Shown piece by piece: positions 28,609 through 38,915 of a stretch of DNA of 64,000 nucleotides (positions are counted from its first letter, which is position 1; each line of letters begins with the position of its first letter). The translations under genes and the position numbers were made by a program. This stretch comes from an uncultured Candidatus Saccharibacteria bacterium (GTDB lineage: Bacteria > Patescibacteriota > Saccharimonadia > CAILAD01 > JADZBC01), in the NCBI GenBank assembly GCA_964600985.1, contig CAZRJR010000001.1, positions 235,534 through 299,533 of the forward strand, in the 5' to 3' direction. The notes under the pieces were generated by a model that was given only the letters and a program-made list of their open reading frames with translations, was not told where the DNA came from and ran no database searches.

Positions 28609-29115
28609 TTACCGGGCTTGCGAAGTGTCGTCAGCGTCACCATCGTGCTTCATGCGATCCATGCCCATGCCGACAGGACCATGCATGCCCCGCTTAGGCT
28701 GAATGGCGCCTAGGTCGATGCCATTATCCTTGGCCCACTGGTCCATCTCTGAGCGAATTGCGTCCATAGCAGCCTTACGCTTCGCCGGGTCCGTCTCATT
28801 GCGAGCTGCTTCACGCTTTGGCGCTAACTCGGCTTGTTTGGCTTTGAGCATGTCAGCTTGCGCTTGGGTTAGCTTGCCGTCCCTTACAAGCCGGGCTAAG
28901 TGCTCGCCCGCATGCCTCTGGTGATCTTGCTCGATTACCTTTTGCACCTCGGCTTTGTTTAAGTTAAATTTGTTGGCAATACTATCGGCTAACGAGGATT
29001 GGTTGGTATTGGCATACGCCGCAGCTCCAGTAGCTACAACCCCCATGGCAGCTACGCCTACGAGTCCACTTGCTAAAATGGCGCGCTTGGTAGTCTTCTT
29101 GATGTTTTTTCTCAA
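28609..29115 (-). CDS. periplasmic/extracytoplasmic LTxxQ-motif protein (Spy/CpxP family-like)
   Basis: Signal peptide, helical K/A/Q-rich sequence with an LTQAQ motif. Divergent from an OmpR-type two-component operon, as cpxP is from cpxRA. Confidence 0.5.
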   Translation of the reverse strand: MRKNIKKTTKRAILASGLVGVAAMGVVATGAAAYANTNQSSLADSIANKFNLNKAEVQKVIEQDHQRHAGEHLARLVRDGKLTQAQADMLKAKQAELAPKREAARNETDPAKRKAAMDAIRSEMDQWAKDNGIDLGAIQPKRGMHGPVGMGMDRMKHDGDADDTSQAR

Positions 29116-29281
29116 GTTATCCTCCTGGTAGTTATTGGTAGGGAGGTGTGCTGGCGTCTAAATTTGGCTAGACTCGCGCAGGCATTGCTACACCGAAGAC
29201 CATTTTCGCGCCAGCGCCTTAAGCTAGCCTGAAGGTGTCTACTCAGCGAATATTCAGTTTCGTTGGAGTATACTATAAGCT

Positions 29282-29956
29282 ATGAAGCTACTGGTTACAG
29301 AAGACGAGCCAAAGCTGGCACAGGCAATCAAGCGCGGATTAGAACAAGAGGGTTATGCGGTAGATTTAGCCTTTGATGCCGAGGAGGGTTTGGCTTGCGC
29401 TGATGCTGGTGAATACGATGCCATTGTACTGGATCGTATGTTGCCTGATGATAAAGACGGACTTGATATTTGTCGGAGCATACGCGAGGGTAGTGGCCCA
29501 AATAAGCTTACTCCCATACTCATGCTGACTGCGCGTGGCGAGGTGCGTGATCGGGTAGAGGGGCTCAACGGGGGGGCCGATGACTATCTCATGAAGCCAT
29601 TTGCGTTCGACGAGCTCTTGGCTCGTCTGCATGCTTTAATTCGCCGTCCAACCAAGAACTTGACAGCTACATTGCAGTTGGGCCGGGTTGCACTGCATCC
29701 ATCTAAAAAGACAGTCGAATTAGATGGCAAGCCAATTGCTTTAAGTCGCAAGGAGTACGCACTCCTTGAGTACCTGGCTTATAACAGTAGTCAAACGCTC
29801 AGTAAAGAACAGATTATTCAGCACGTGTGGGACTTCGATGCCGATGTACTCGATAACACTGTCGAGGTATTTGTGCGTAACATTCGCAAGAAATTGGGTG
29901 ATAGCATAATTCGTACGGTGCGCGGCTTTGGCTATCAGGTAGGCGAGGTGGGGTAG
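29282..29956 (+). CDS. OmpR-family response regulator
   Basis: Receiver (DLAFDAEEG...VLDRMLPDDKDG) plus a winged-helix output domain. Confidence 0.9.
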   Translation: MKLLVTEDEPKLAQAIKRGLEQEGYAVDLAFDAEEGLACADAGEYDAIVLDRMLPDDKDGLDICRSIREGSGPNKLTPILMLTARGEVRDRVEGLNGGADDYLMKPFAFDELLARLHALIRRPTKNLTATLQLGRVALHPSKKTVELDGKPIALSRKEYALLEYLAYNSSQTLSKEQIIQHVWDFDADVLDNTVEVFVRNIRKKLGDSIIRTVRGFGYQVGEVG

Positions 29957-29959
29957 AGC

Positions 29960-30979
29960 GTGAACAAAATGTTTGAATCGGCCGTACTGAAGCTCACCGT
30001 TTGGTATGTGGCGGTACTTATGCTTGTGTCGTTAGCCTTTAGCTTGCCGATATTTATAATCTCGTCTGATCGGTTGGCTAATAGCGCGTTGCGCCAAGCC
30101 GAGATTCTCCGCCGCAACTCAATGTATATGCGAGATTCACTTGTAGAAACGCTTAATGCACGTCGAGAAGAACAACTTGAACTTGATCGTCAACAGTTGC
30201 TTAATAATATCCTCCTAGAAAACCTGGCTATACTATTGCTGGGCTCGGTGGCAAGTTATTTGTTTGCCCGCTGGACGCTTAAGCCTATCGAAGAGGCGCA
30301 TGCGGCCCAGACTACATTTACGGCAAATGCCAGCCATCAGCTGCGTACACCGCTGGCTACTATGCAGGCTGAGATTGACGTTGCGCTCAGGGACAAAACA
30401 CTGAATGCCAAGGATGCTCGCGAAGTGCTCAAGAGCAACCTGGAGGAAATAGGTCGACTGCGGGCGCTCAGTGATCAACTTCTTGGCCTTACTCGCAGTG
30501 AGGAAGGTGAACTTTCGGGTGTCTTTGATGCATCGAAGCTGGTAGTGGTCTTTGTCTCCAAATATGCCAAGCAATACCAGTTGACACTTAAGCAAACAGA
30601 TTTACCTAAGGCAGTAGTTAATGGAGATGAGGTACTAATCAGTGAGGTACTAAAAGTCTTGTGTGAGAACGCAGCAATTTATAGCCAGGGCAAAGTAGTA
30701 GTACTTAATTACGCGCTCAGTCGAGGCGCAGTTCGTATTAGTGTTACTGATAAGGGTCCTGGCCTCGGCCCAGAGGAGCAGCGCCATGTCTTCGATCGTT
30801 TTTATCGGGCTAGAGCAGCAACTAAATTAAACCCAGCGGGCCATGGGCTTGGTTTAGCCTTAGCACGAGAAATTGTAGACCGTCATGGTGGTAATTTGAG
30901 TATGAAGAGTAAGGTTGGGTACGGATCTACATTTACTGTCGTGCTACCATGTGCCAGCAAAAGAGAGGTTATTCATTAG
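29960..30979 (+). CDS. sensor histidine kinase
   Basis: Two N-terminal TM helices, H-box ASHQLRTPLA, and N/G1/G2 ATPase boxes (GHGLGLALAREIV). Confidence 0.85.
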   Translation: MNKMFESAVLKLTVWYVAVLMLVSLAFSLPIFIISSDRLANSALRQAEILRRNSMYMRDSLVETLNARREEQLELDRQQLLNNILLENLAILLLGSVASYLFARWTLKPIEEAHAAQTTFTANASHQLRTPLATMQAEIDVALRDKTLNAKDAREVLKSNLEEIGRLRALSDQLLGLTRSEEGELSGVFDASKLVVVFVSKYAKQYQLTLKQTDLPKAVVNGDEVLISEVLKVLCENAAIYSQGKVVVLNYALSRGAVRISVTDKGPGLGPEEQRHVFDRFYRARAATKLNPAGHGLGLALAREIVDRHGGNLSMKSKVGYGSTFTVVLPCASKREVIH

Positions 30980-30988
30980 GCTTTCTGG

Positions 30989-31777
30989 TTAACAACGTAC
31001 GTTATAGTCAAGATTGTACTTAACATACTGCACGTAAAGAGCCTTTTTGCCGCCGAAGCTTTTACCACATTTAGCTTTTGCATCTCTCGAGTTTGTGGCG
31101 CCTGTGGCATACCACGCTGAACCGTTAAATGGCATATTTCCTGTAATTTGTCGCCACATTTGGTCAGTTGAGTAGTAACCAGCAAACCGCAAACCGCGCT
31201 GCATGCCATCGTGTAGGCCTTTTAGAAAGTTACGATTATTGACCTGAGTTGACCACGGTATGCCATGACCGCTCTCAACATCTATCCAAAAAGCACGAGG
31301 GTTAATTCGGGCTATGTTATTAATAACTCCTAGGTTAAAACTAGCCGCTTTGCGACCGCAATCATATGGCGACATACTCCTTGGGCACTGACTTGAGGGA
31401 TAATTTGCTCCCACATATACATCGTACGTTCGAAAGTGTCGTGTCTCAGCATTCAAGCACGGGTTAATCCCGAAGTTCATGTACGTGCCATTAAGGCCGA
31501 CGATGCCATAATTGTAGTTGCCGATTGAATTAAGCCTACCACACTGTGGAGACGATATATCAATAAAAGGTACCCCCTTGGTGTCATACTGCTTGGCGGT
31601 TTTGCCGCCCGCAAAACTGTATTGAACTACGAAGTAGCCGACGGCAGCTATCACGCAAACGGCGGTCAGAATCTGCCATGACTTGAATGAGCTAGTGCTC
31701 TTAAGTGATTGTTTAACAGAAAAACGACGCTTGAGTTTCTTGCGAGATGGTCTGTTTAGAGTCTTCTTTGCTGTCAT
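30989..31777 (-). CDS. membrane-anchored secreted protein, possible GH25/Rv2525c-like cell-wall hydrolase fold
   Basis: N-terminal TM anchor. DISSPQ and WIDVE resemble GH25-type DxSxxQ / DxE motifs. Weak evidence. Confidence 0.3.
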   Translation of the reverse strand: MTAKKTLNRPSRKKLKRRFSVKQSLKSTSSFKSWQILTAVCVIAAVGYFVVQYSFAGGKTAKQYDTKGVPFIDISSPQCGRLNSIGNYNYGIVGLNGTYMNFGINPCLNAETRHFRTYDVYVGANYPSSQCPRSMSPYDCGRKAASFNLGVINNIARINPRAFWIDVESGHGIPWSTQVNNRNFLKGLHDGMQRGLRFAGYYSTDQMWRQITGNMPFNGSAWYATGATNSRDAKAKCGKSFGGKKALYVQYVKYNLDYNVRC

Positions 31778-31883
31778 ATTGTTGACCTTGCTTTAAAGCA
31801 TAAGTTTTATGTTACTTATAGTCAACTTTTGTAACCAAGATGCGGTCACGTAAGGCCTACGTATGACATAGTTATTGCACCAA

Positions 31884-31909
31884 CTAAAAACTAAGTGCTG
31901 ATTAGCACT
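31884..31909 (-). terminator. rho-independent terminator after the SHOCT gene
   Basis: AGTGCT-GATT-AGCACT hairpin with a T-run on the minus strand. Confidence 0.5.
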
Positions 31910-31933
31910 CAGTTTCGTCTCGAGCCTTGGTGG

Positions 31934-32185
31934 TTATAGGCCGAGAATCTGTTGCTTCTTAGCGCTGAACTCTTCGTCTGTAATAATCCCTTGATTTTTG
32001 AGACCCTGAAGCTCTTCGAGCTGGCTGGCCATATCGCTCTGAGCTGGTCCAGCCACTTGGGGCGCTTGCTGTTCTGCCTCGGCCTGCCAACGGGCGGCTT
32101 GGCGACGACTAACGTTGTTTGATACGGCGGTGGCGGTCCCAGCTATTACGGCCGTGCGGGCCATTCCTCGTAGTAATCCTGGCAT
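31934..32185 (-). CDS. SHOCT-domain protein
   Basis: C-terminal QGIITDEEFSAKKQQILGL matches the SHOCT short C-terminal domain pattern. Confidence 0.45.
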   Translation of the reverse strand: MPGLLRGMARTAVIAGTATAVSNNVSRRQAARWQAEAEQQAPQVAGPAQSDMASQLEELQGLKNQGIITDEEFSAKKQQILGL

Positions 32186-32205
32186 ATTTCTTCTCCCTCC
32201 GTTTG

Positions 32206-32613
32206 TTATTTACTTAATTCTTCAGCTGCCTCAGGGTGTATGCGGCCCTCCGCTAGGAGCACGCCGTTGGCATCGAGTATAGCCTTCTTAAGCGGTTTAG
32301 CCCACAGCTGCTCGACTACCAACATACCGGCGGAGCAGTTGTTTTCGATTAAATCAGCTACTTCGTCAATATCGTCTTGGTCGGCTTTCTTTATGCCTTT
32401 ACCATATTTATTAACAAGCTCCACGAGGTAGTCATCACCGGTGTCGGCAATGTCCACGAGGGCAACGTTACCCTCGGCATTTTTAGTGAGGAGGCTTAAG
32501 CCAATGAGGCCAATCACACCCTGCTCTAGTGCGTCACCAATCGCCTTTAGAATACTACCGTCAAATTTATTACCTTCGAAGCCAACTATAATGTAGTCAA
32601 TTGGTCCACGCAT
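32206..32613 (-). CDS. hypothetical protein (probably co-transcribed with the SHOCT gene)
   Basis: 135-aa acidic soluble ORF 20 bp upstream of the SHOCT gene. Confidence 0.4.
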   Translation of the reverse strand: MRGPIDYIIVGFEGNKFDGSILKAIGDALEQGVIGLIGLSLLTKNAEGNVALVDIADTGDDYLVELVNKYGKGIKKADQDDIDEVADLIENNCSAGMLVVEQLWAKPLKKAILDANGVLLAEGRIHPEAAEELSK

Positions 32614-32657
32614 GGTCTTCTCCTTGTGTTTAGTGATGCTTTTATTATATACCGAGC

Positions 32658-34097
32658 GTGCTCGACGGGCTAGGCCACGCCTGGTGGTATAATGTCAATA
32701 TGAAGCGTAAGCAAAGAATAGCAAGTAGAGTAAAACTTAGTAGCCTTAAGTCGCATAAGCTCATCATTGCTCTGGGTGTATTTGCAATAACGCTCGGTGG
32801 CGCTTATGTGCTACGCGTTAGTCTAGCCGACGGGCCAACAACTATTAAAAGTGTAGAGAAGCTCGGACCAGTAAAGAACTATTCGCAGCCGCAAACGCTG
32901 TATCGCGACGGTGGATCATCGGTGCGGCTTGGTAATAAGGTGCTATGGCTGTTTGGGGATACGCTTTTTACCCAAAAGAGTGTGGACGGTACGAACGCGC
33001 GCAGCAACACGGCTGCTTGGGCAGATATCAGTCAGCCATATAGATTAAGTGAGCCCCTTGACGCTAACGGCGCCCCGAGCCAGTTCATTCCCTATAGCAA
33101 CGCGGAAGCTGCCTATAATGCTGCGAGTGGTGATCCGAATGACCGCTATGTTATTTGGCCGACCGAGGCGGTAAACACCGATGCCAATTCAGCCTACATA
33201 TACTATATGCGCCTTAAGTCTTCACCTAATCCTACCACACTGGTCAAAAAGGGCATTGGCCTCGCTATGGTGCGTACGGGGGATAGTAGCGCTCGCATTA
33301 TCAACGAATCAGTCTTTAGCGAGAACGAGGCTCAATACAGGCCGACAGCAGTACGAGGGGACACGGTGTACTTACGAGATTGTGTTCAGTCTGGTTTCGA
33401 GGCAAATTGCGCTATGGCGCGAGTGTCAAAGGCCAATATGGCCAATCGTAGTGCCTACGAATTCTGGGATGGCAATAAGTGGCAGCCCGATATTGCTCTG
33501 GCGCGCCACGATGTGCCTGGCTCACTCAGTACCATGGCAACTATGTGGAGCGAGTACGCCCATAAATTCGTTATGATTTCCGCCCCGGCGTTTAGTCGTG
33601 ACCTGACTATTCGTGAGTCTGAAGAGATCCAAGGGCCATGGTCAACACCGAAGTCTGCCTACACAGATACTACGTCGAAGTACCCTAGCATACTATATTT
33701 TCACCCAGAACTCTCCTCGCAAGGGGGGCAATCGTTTGTGCTGACCGCTACTCAGAACTACGATTCCTACCTAAGTGGTAATGACGGCATCATTGCCTTT
33801 CGCTATACCTTCGACGATAAATCTATAACTGCGGTAGCGCCATCGCTTGTGCAAGTACAATCTACGACTTCTGGCCAAAGTAGCAAACAAACTACAGCTC
33901 ATCCAACTAGCTTAGATGCGAGTGGAAATACAAAACCGCCAAAGACTCTCGCAAAAGCTAGTACTGGTAGTCAGAGGCTAGCTCTAAATCCTAACACAAT
34001 TACGAACTCGGTCCAGGCTAGCTGGTGGTTCTTTGTGTTATGTGCGGTTATTATTGCTACTGTTGGTACATTAGTTGTTTTGCGCAAACGGAGCTAA
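32658..34097 (+). CDS. secreted protein with a C-terminal TM anchor; beta-propeller glycosidase-like (LWLFGDT motif)
   Basis: Signal/TM N-terminus, VLWLFGDTLF motif as in DUF4185-type glycosidase-like proteins, S/T-rich linker, terminal TM plus an RKRS tail. Confidence 0.35.
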   Translation: MLDGLGHAWWYNVNMKRKQRIASRVKLSSLKSHKLIIALGVFAITLGGAYVLRVSLADGPTTIKSVEKLGPVKNYSQPQTLYRDGGSSVRLGNKVLWLFGDTLFTQKSVDGTNARSNTAAWADISQPYRLSEPLDANGAPSQFIPYSNAEAAYNAASGDPNDRYVIWPTEAVNTDANSAYIYYMRLKSSPNPTTLVKKGIGLAMVRTGDSSARIINESVFSENEAQYRPTAVRGDTVYLRDCVQSGFEANCAMARVSKANMANRSAYEFWDGNKWQPDIALARHDVPGSLSTMATMWSEYAHKFVMISAPAFSRDLTIRESEEIQGPWSTPKSAYTDTTSKYPSILYFHPELSSQGGQSFVLTATQNYDSYLSGNDGIIAFRYTFDDKSITAVAPSLVQVQSTTSGQSSKQTTAHPTSLDASGNTKPPKTLAKASTGSQRLALNPNTITNSVQASWWFFVLCAVIIATVGTLVVLRKRS

Positions 34098-34147
34098 ACT
34101 TAATTTGGTTTAGGTTTACTGGGTAATAGGACTCAAATAGTAGAGTA

Positions 34148-36163
34148 TTACACTTTTGGGGGGTCTGTCGGAGGCACTAGCTCATCGTCTGTTGCAGTAT
34201 TGGTTGGGTAATTGGAGGTATTTTGTGTCACACTCCTACGACGCATTAGCCACCATATTGCGCCACTAATTATCGCAATAAGTCCCAGCATAATTGCACC
34301 AACCAGTATAGGATACTTGCGCACAATACTCTTGACTGTTTCACTATAGCGCACGAGCAGGCTCTTATTCTGTGATGTGGGTGAGGCAAGCTTTGAAATG
34401 TCACTCAGGTCGTTTGTTTTGTCCTCAGACTTGCCTGAGTTACTACTTATGCTAATGGGGGCTGCTGTTTGGTTTGAGCTGGCAGCTGTACTTGCCGTGG
34501 CATAGCTTACTTGTCCCGGTCGTTGAGTGTTAGGGTTGCTATTAGGTGCTACTCCTTCTTGGGGTAGTACCACGAATGCAGCGAACTCGGGTGCAGTGTG
34601 GGTGTTTGGTATTTCTGGCACGCTGCCAATGAGGGGAGCGACTTCGGTTAGGTTCATGGGTAGAGTAATCACCCCGCCCTTATACACACCACTTGCGATT
34701 GGCTTGCCATAGTAGTTTTGGGCATCAAGCACTACGTAGCTTTGTCCAGGTTTTAGGATTGAAGATAGATCTGCTGACACACTTGGTCGGTTTTCCCAGT
34801 TGTAAACTGCAATGTTTGCTCGGCCAGGTTCATACTTGTTGGCGCGCACAAATACTCGATTGGTGGCTTGCGACATATCGCTGGTGATTACGGAATTACG
34901 ATCATAGCGCGATCCAGCTACCGAGGCACCTGGACACGAGTTTACAGGTCCACCACTCCGACCCTGAGTGTAGTCTTTGATAGTTTGAGTTGAAGAAGTA
35001 AAGTCGCATGCCCATACAGCATCTAGTCGCTGCTGTAGTTCTGTGTCCTGAAATGGTCGAGCAGCCCCCACAATATAAGTGTTACGATCAATATTAAACT
35101 GCGACATAGGGGTGGCGTTATCAATTCGCAGCGCACTGCCTTTCTTGGCCACTACAGTGTTGTTGGTAACTGTTACTTTATCCCAGTTTTTTATGTTATA
35201 GCCCACGCCATTAGTGAGGCCGATGTAGTTATTTTGGGCAATTATCTCGCCATGCTTAGGATTAAATAGCCCCGCAGTAAAGCCGGTCCCATTTTTGTCA
35301 GGACCAAGGTAGATGTAGTTATTACTCAACACAAGTTTATCTATCGGGTTATCTTGTGACTCTACAAACAAGCCAAGGTTGTCTGTAGCTTGCAGGGCAA
35401 TGTTGCCATCAAAAGTAAAGCCATTAGCCCAACTATTGGTGGCATAGGCTTTCATGGCGGTAGTTAGGTTTCGGAAGGTGATGTTGTCGCTAATTAGGCG
35501 CTGGCCTGTTTGGTTTTGTGCGTAAATTGGTGAGCCGCGCATCTCGCCTTTATACTGCGGGCTGGTGTCATATATACCCGCTCCCCAAATCAGTGTGCCG
35601 TATATTTCGCCGCCATCACCAACTGGCCGCCAGAACCCAATTGCCGGGTGTCCAGTGTCGTGCAAAACCATATTAATCACTTTGGTGCCCTCCCCGTACA
35701 GCTCAAGCCCACCCAGCCGATCCTTGCTGGCCACATGGCGTTCGGTCATAGAGTTGGTAATCTCAAAACCCCAGTACCAGTTGAATTTACCATTTACCGT
35801 TATATGGCCATTTACCGTTGCACGCTCTTTGGGAAATCCACGAACGACAATCGGCTTGTCTTTAGTTCCATTCAGGGAGCTGGTAAATGTGGTTGTGCCA
35901 CCGCTTCCATATACGCCGTCGCGAAGGTAGATTGTGTCGCCAGGCTTAACCACGGAAGACTTACTGAGAGCTGAGGTTAAGTCCCAAGGTTTATCGATAC
36001 TACCAGGGTTGGCAGAGTTACCGGCAGGGGAAACATAATACGTTTGTGGTGGTGTCTCGGCATGGCCGCCACGAAGGGTAATTAGGGCTACAACCATCAT
36101 GCATAGTCCTGCGAATACTGCAATCGCAAAAGGCAGTCTATTGGGTTGCTGAACAAGTTTCAT
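34148..36163 (-). CDS. surface-anchored right-handed parallel beta-helix (pectate-lyase-fold) protein
   Basis: Repeated NNxI/NNTV beta-helix rungs, N-terminal TM, S/T-rich region and C-terminal TM. Confidence 0.5.
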   Translation of the reverse strand: MKLVQQPNRLPFAIAVFAGLCMMVVALITLRGGHAETPPQTYYVSPAGNSANPGSIDKPWDLTSALSKSSVVKPGDTIYLRDGVYGSGGTTTFTSSLNGTKDKPIVVRGFPKERATVNGHITVNGKFNWYWGFEITNSMTERHVASKDRLGGLELYGEGTKVINMVLHDTGHPAIGFWRPVGDGGEIYGTLIWGAGIYDTSPQYKGEMRGSPIYAQNQTGQRLISDNITFRNLTTAMKAYATNSWANGFTFDGNIALQATDNLGLFVESQDNPIDKLVLSNNYIYLGPDKNGTGFTAGLFNPKHGEIIAQNNYIGLTNGVGYNIKNWDKVTVTNNTVVAKKGSALRIDNATPMSQFNIDRNTYIVGAARPFQDTELQQRLDAVWACDFTSSTQTIKDYTQGRSGGPVNSCPGASVAGSRYDRNSVITSDMSQATNRVFVRANKYEPGRANIAVYNWENRPSVSADLSSILKPGQSYVVLDAQNYYGKPIASGVYKGGVITLPMNLTEVAPLIGSVPEIPNTHTAPEFAAFVVLPQEGVAPNSNPNTQRPGQVSYATASTAASSNQTAAPISISSNSGKSEDKTNDLSDISKLASPTSQNKSLLVRYSETVKSIVRKYPILVGAIMLGLIAIISGAIWWLMRRRSVTQNTSNYPTNTATDDELVPPTDPPKV

Positions 36164-36179
36164 GATTCACCTAGGTTTG

Positions 36180-36728
36180 TTACTTATTATGCTTGCTGGT
36201 CTCCATAAGTTCAAGCAAGGTGCGGGTAGTGTTAATGTTGCGCACCGTCATATTGCTGTACAGATCCGATTTAATGAGTTTTATGCCACCACCACGAGCT
36301 ACATTTTGTCTACCAATGTTCCACACCAAGGCTCCTGGTATGTACAAAACTTGTTCGATAGTGGGGTTTACAGATACTTTTTGTAGTATGACTTTATTGT
36401 CTATGTTGCTCCATAAAAACATAACATCGGTTTTTTGCTCGGTGTCGTTTTTCCACTCTGTTGGTATAGAAGCACATATTGAACTCAGAGCTTGGTACGT
36501 ACGCAGCACTACGGGTACGGCAAATCCAAACTCAGTTTTTATGGCTTGTTCTATAATTTGGGTGAGGGCTTTTTCGCTCCGCGTATCTTCGAATATTACA
36601 TTACCGGAGTTAATGTAAGTTATTACATGCGTGCAGCCTAAGGACTCAAATAGTACTTTGAGCCTGGCCATCTCGACTCTAGCCTTGCCGCCCACATTAA
36701 TTCCTCGTAGTAGCGCTAGGTATTGCAT
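36180..36728 (-). CDS. DUF1697 family protein
   Basis: N-terminal LALLRGINVGGKARV motif characteristic of DUF1697. Confidence 0.55.
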   Translation of the reverse strand: MQYLALLRGINVGGKARVEMARLKVLFESLGCTHVITYINSGNVIFEDTRSEKALTQIIEQAIKTEFGFAVPVVLRTYQALSSICASIPTEWKNDTEQKTDVMFLWSNIDNKVILQKVSVNPTIEQVLYIPGALVWNIGRQNVARGGGIKLIKSDLYSNMTVRNINTTRTLLELMETSKHNK

Positions 36729-37655
36729 GTAAATATTATATCGAGCTTATGGCTACCGAGCCAATATAGTTGGTTTAGGCCGCTCCTGGGGTATACTATA
36801 AGCATGACAGGTTTGAGTAAAACAGAGCGAACAGCGTTGGGGGCTGGAATGATATTAAGTCTTCTTGTGGCCGTAGTGGGGGTTTTTGCATTTGCGCCCC
36901 GCGTGCAGGCAGCAAGTTGTACTACACCTTCTCCTAGCTACGGCAGTGTTACATTGTCAACTGTTAGTATTCCGAGCGATGGTACCTACAGTGTGTGGGT
37001 ACGCATGAAGCCAGCCACTACTCAGGATAATTCTGTGTTACTACAGGTTGACACATCTGATTGTTTTAATGTAGGCGGTGGTGTGGGCGTGCCGGCAGGT
37101 AATTGGACTTGGGTGCGCCATAAGGACGGTAATGCGAACACCGTTATTCAAAAGGAACTTAAAGCTGGCAATCATGACTTTAAACTGTTTGGGAGTAAGC
37201 CAGGGCTGGCTGTAGACACGATACTGTTAAGCACCGATGGCAATTGTATTCCAACTGGTTTTGGCGAGAATTGCAGCACAAACATTGTGCTGCCAGTGGG
37301 TTCTAGCTCGTCAAACGGGGTAGGTAGCTCGACCCCGCAGGCTAGTGGCACTACGAATAACAATCTCGCCGACAACACTCAAACTAAGCAGGACATCGTA
37401 ACGCAGGCTACTCGTTACGCAGCTCAAAACTTCCTATGGATTGTACTAGTGTTAGTTGGTGCCGTAGCATTGATTGGCTTCGGCATTCGCTTTTTATGGC
37501 GATATATGGCTGCAAGAAAGGGAGAAGTGCCGGAAAGGGCGACTAATACCAATAACACGCCACAGTCTCCTCAGCCCGGCGAACTTATCCATCCAATCCC
37601 TTCGAACCCTAGTGAAAGTGCATCCCAATCCATAAATGATGAGGTAGGGCTTTGA
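36723..37655 (+). CDS. secreted protein with a C-terminal TM anchor, function unknown
   Basis: N-terminal TM/signal, S/T/N-rich linker, C-terminal hydrophobic helix plus a basic tail. Confidence 0.4.
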   Translation: MHVNIISSLWLPSQYSWFRPLLGYTISMTGLSKTERTALGAGMILSLLVAVVGVFAFAPRVQAASCTTPSPSYGSVTLSTVSIPSDGTYSVWVRMKPATTQDNSVLLQVDTSDCFNVGGGVGVPAGNWTWVRHKDGNANTVIQKELKAGNHDFKLFGSKPGLAVDTILLSTDGNCIPTGFGENCSTNIVLPVGSSSSNGVGSSTPQASGTTNNNLADNTQTKQDIVTQATRYAAQNFLWIVLVLVGAVALIGFGIRFLWRYMAARKGEVPERATNTNNTPQSPQPGELIHPIPSNPSESASQSINDEVGL

Positions 37656-38902
37656 AGCAATTTGCTCCAAATACAGGAGTTAAGCGGCTGGATCGTAGCC
37701 AGTCTATCCTAATTGGGATTATTACCACAGTTGTACTGGCTTCAGTGGTAGGTGTGTACTTGCGTTATTTCTCACACGCCGCAGGGCCTGCTCTAACTAT
37801 ACGAGTCAGCACAGGCATGATTGCTGGCGGAGCTAGCGTTGTATCGGCAAACGATGCTAATGGAGGCAAATACATTGTATTTGGGAGTGGAGCACAAAAC
37901 CCTACCCAGCCTCCGCCACCCCCACCACCTGCTGCCTCAGCTCCGGCGCGCTTGTGGGGCGTGCAGATTCATTCGGTGCCACCCACTGATACTACTGAGA
38001 ACCTTATGCGTGACTTGGACGCAGCAAAGGACTTGGGTGCTACGGTTGTTCGAGCGCCGATCAGTTGGCGCGGTGTGGAATGGAGCGGCAAGGGGCAGTA
38101 CGACGAACGCTATCTTGCCGGTATGGACGCGCTTATGCAGGGAGCGTATGCCCGCGGGATCAAAGTAATTGCTACCATCGCCGATACCCCTACCTGGGCT
38201 TCTCCGGGCGGTACCTGGAATGCAATTCCAACCGATATGGGTGGAATTGGTGACTTCGCGCGATTTATGACGAGTCGGTACAAATCTCAGTACCCAGGCG
38301 TAATTGCGGCTACCGAAGCCTGGAATGAGCCCAATGTAAGTGGAAACCTACTCAGTAGCGATGTGCCCAGGGACTACACAGCTATGGTTAAGTCAGTTTA
38401 TACTGGCACCAAGGCCGGTGACCCTAGTGTCCCTGTATTAGCGGGTTCGCTCTCGTATGCGGATACAGGGTTTATGAGCCAGCTCTATGCCAAGGGTATA
38501 AAAGGCTCTTATGATGGTGTGGCAATTCACCCTTACTCCGACACATCTGACCCCACTAACATGAATATTGTACATAGCTTCAAGGGCGGTATCGAGAGCT
38601 TTCATGCCGCGCAGACTGCAGCGGGCGACGTTACACCGCTGTGGATTACCGAGTTTGGCTGGACTACCTCTTCGAGCGCAGGCGGAGTTACTCTACAGCA
38701 GCAGTCCGACTACAGTGTGGCTGCATATGATGTTATGAAGCCTTACTCGTATATATTGGCAGGCACTCTTTATCAGATCCGTGATCAAAAGGAAGACCCG
38801 GCTAGTCACGAAGATAACTTTGGCCTCATGCACAATAACTTCACGCAGCGCCCAGCCTATACTACGGTGAAGGCTAAGCTTCCAACAATGCCACGCCAGT
38901 AG
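37652..38902 (+). CDS. glycoside hydrolase, clan GH-A (GH5-like TIM barrel)
   Basis: Conserved WNEPN (acid/base Glu) and ITEFGW (nucleophile Glu) motifs. Signal/TM N-terminus and a poly-Pro linker. Confidence 0.55.
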   Translation: MKQFAPNTGVKRLDRSQSILIGIITTVVLASVVGVYLRYFSHAAGPALTIRVSTGMIAGGASVVSANDANGGKYIVFGSGAQNPTQPPPPPPPAASAPARLWGVQIHSVPPTDTTENLMRDLDAAKDLGATVVRAPISWRGVEWSGKGQYDERYLAGMDALMQGAYARGIKVIATIADTPTWASPGGTWNAIPTDMGGIGDFARFMTSRYKSQYPGVIAATEAWNEPNVSGNLLSSDVPRDYTAMVKSVYTGTKAGDPSVPVLAGSLSYADTGFMSQLYAKGIKGSYDGVAIHPYSDTSDPTNMNIVHSFKGGIESFHAAQTAAGDVTPLWITEFGWTTSSSAGGVTLQQQSDYSVAAYDVMKPYSYILAGTLYQIRDQKEDPASHEDNFGLMHNNFTQRPAYTTVKAKLPTMPRQ

Positions 38903-38915
38903 TTGCTGCGGAAAC

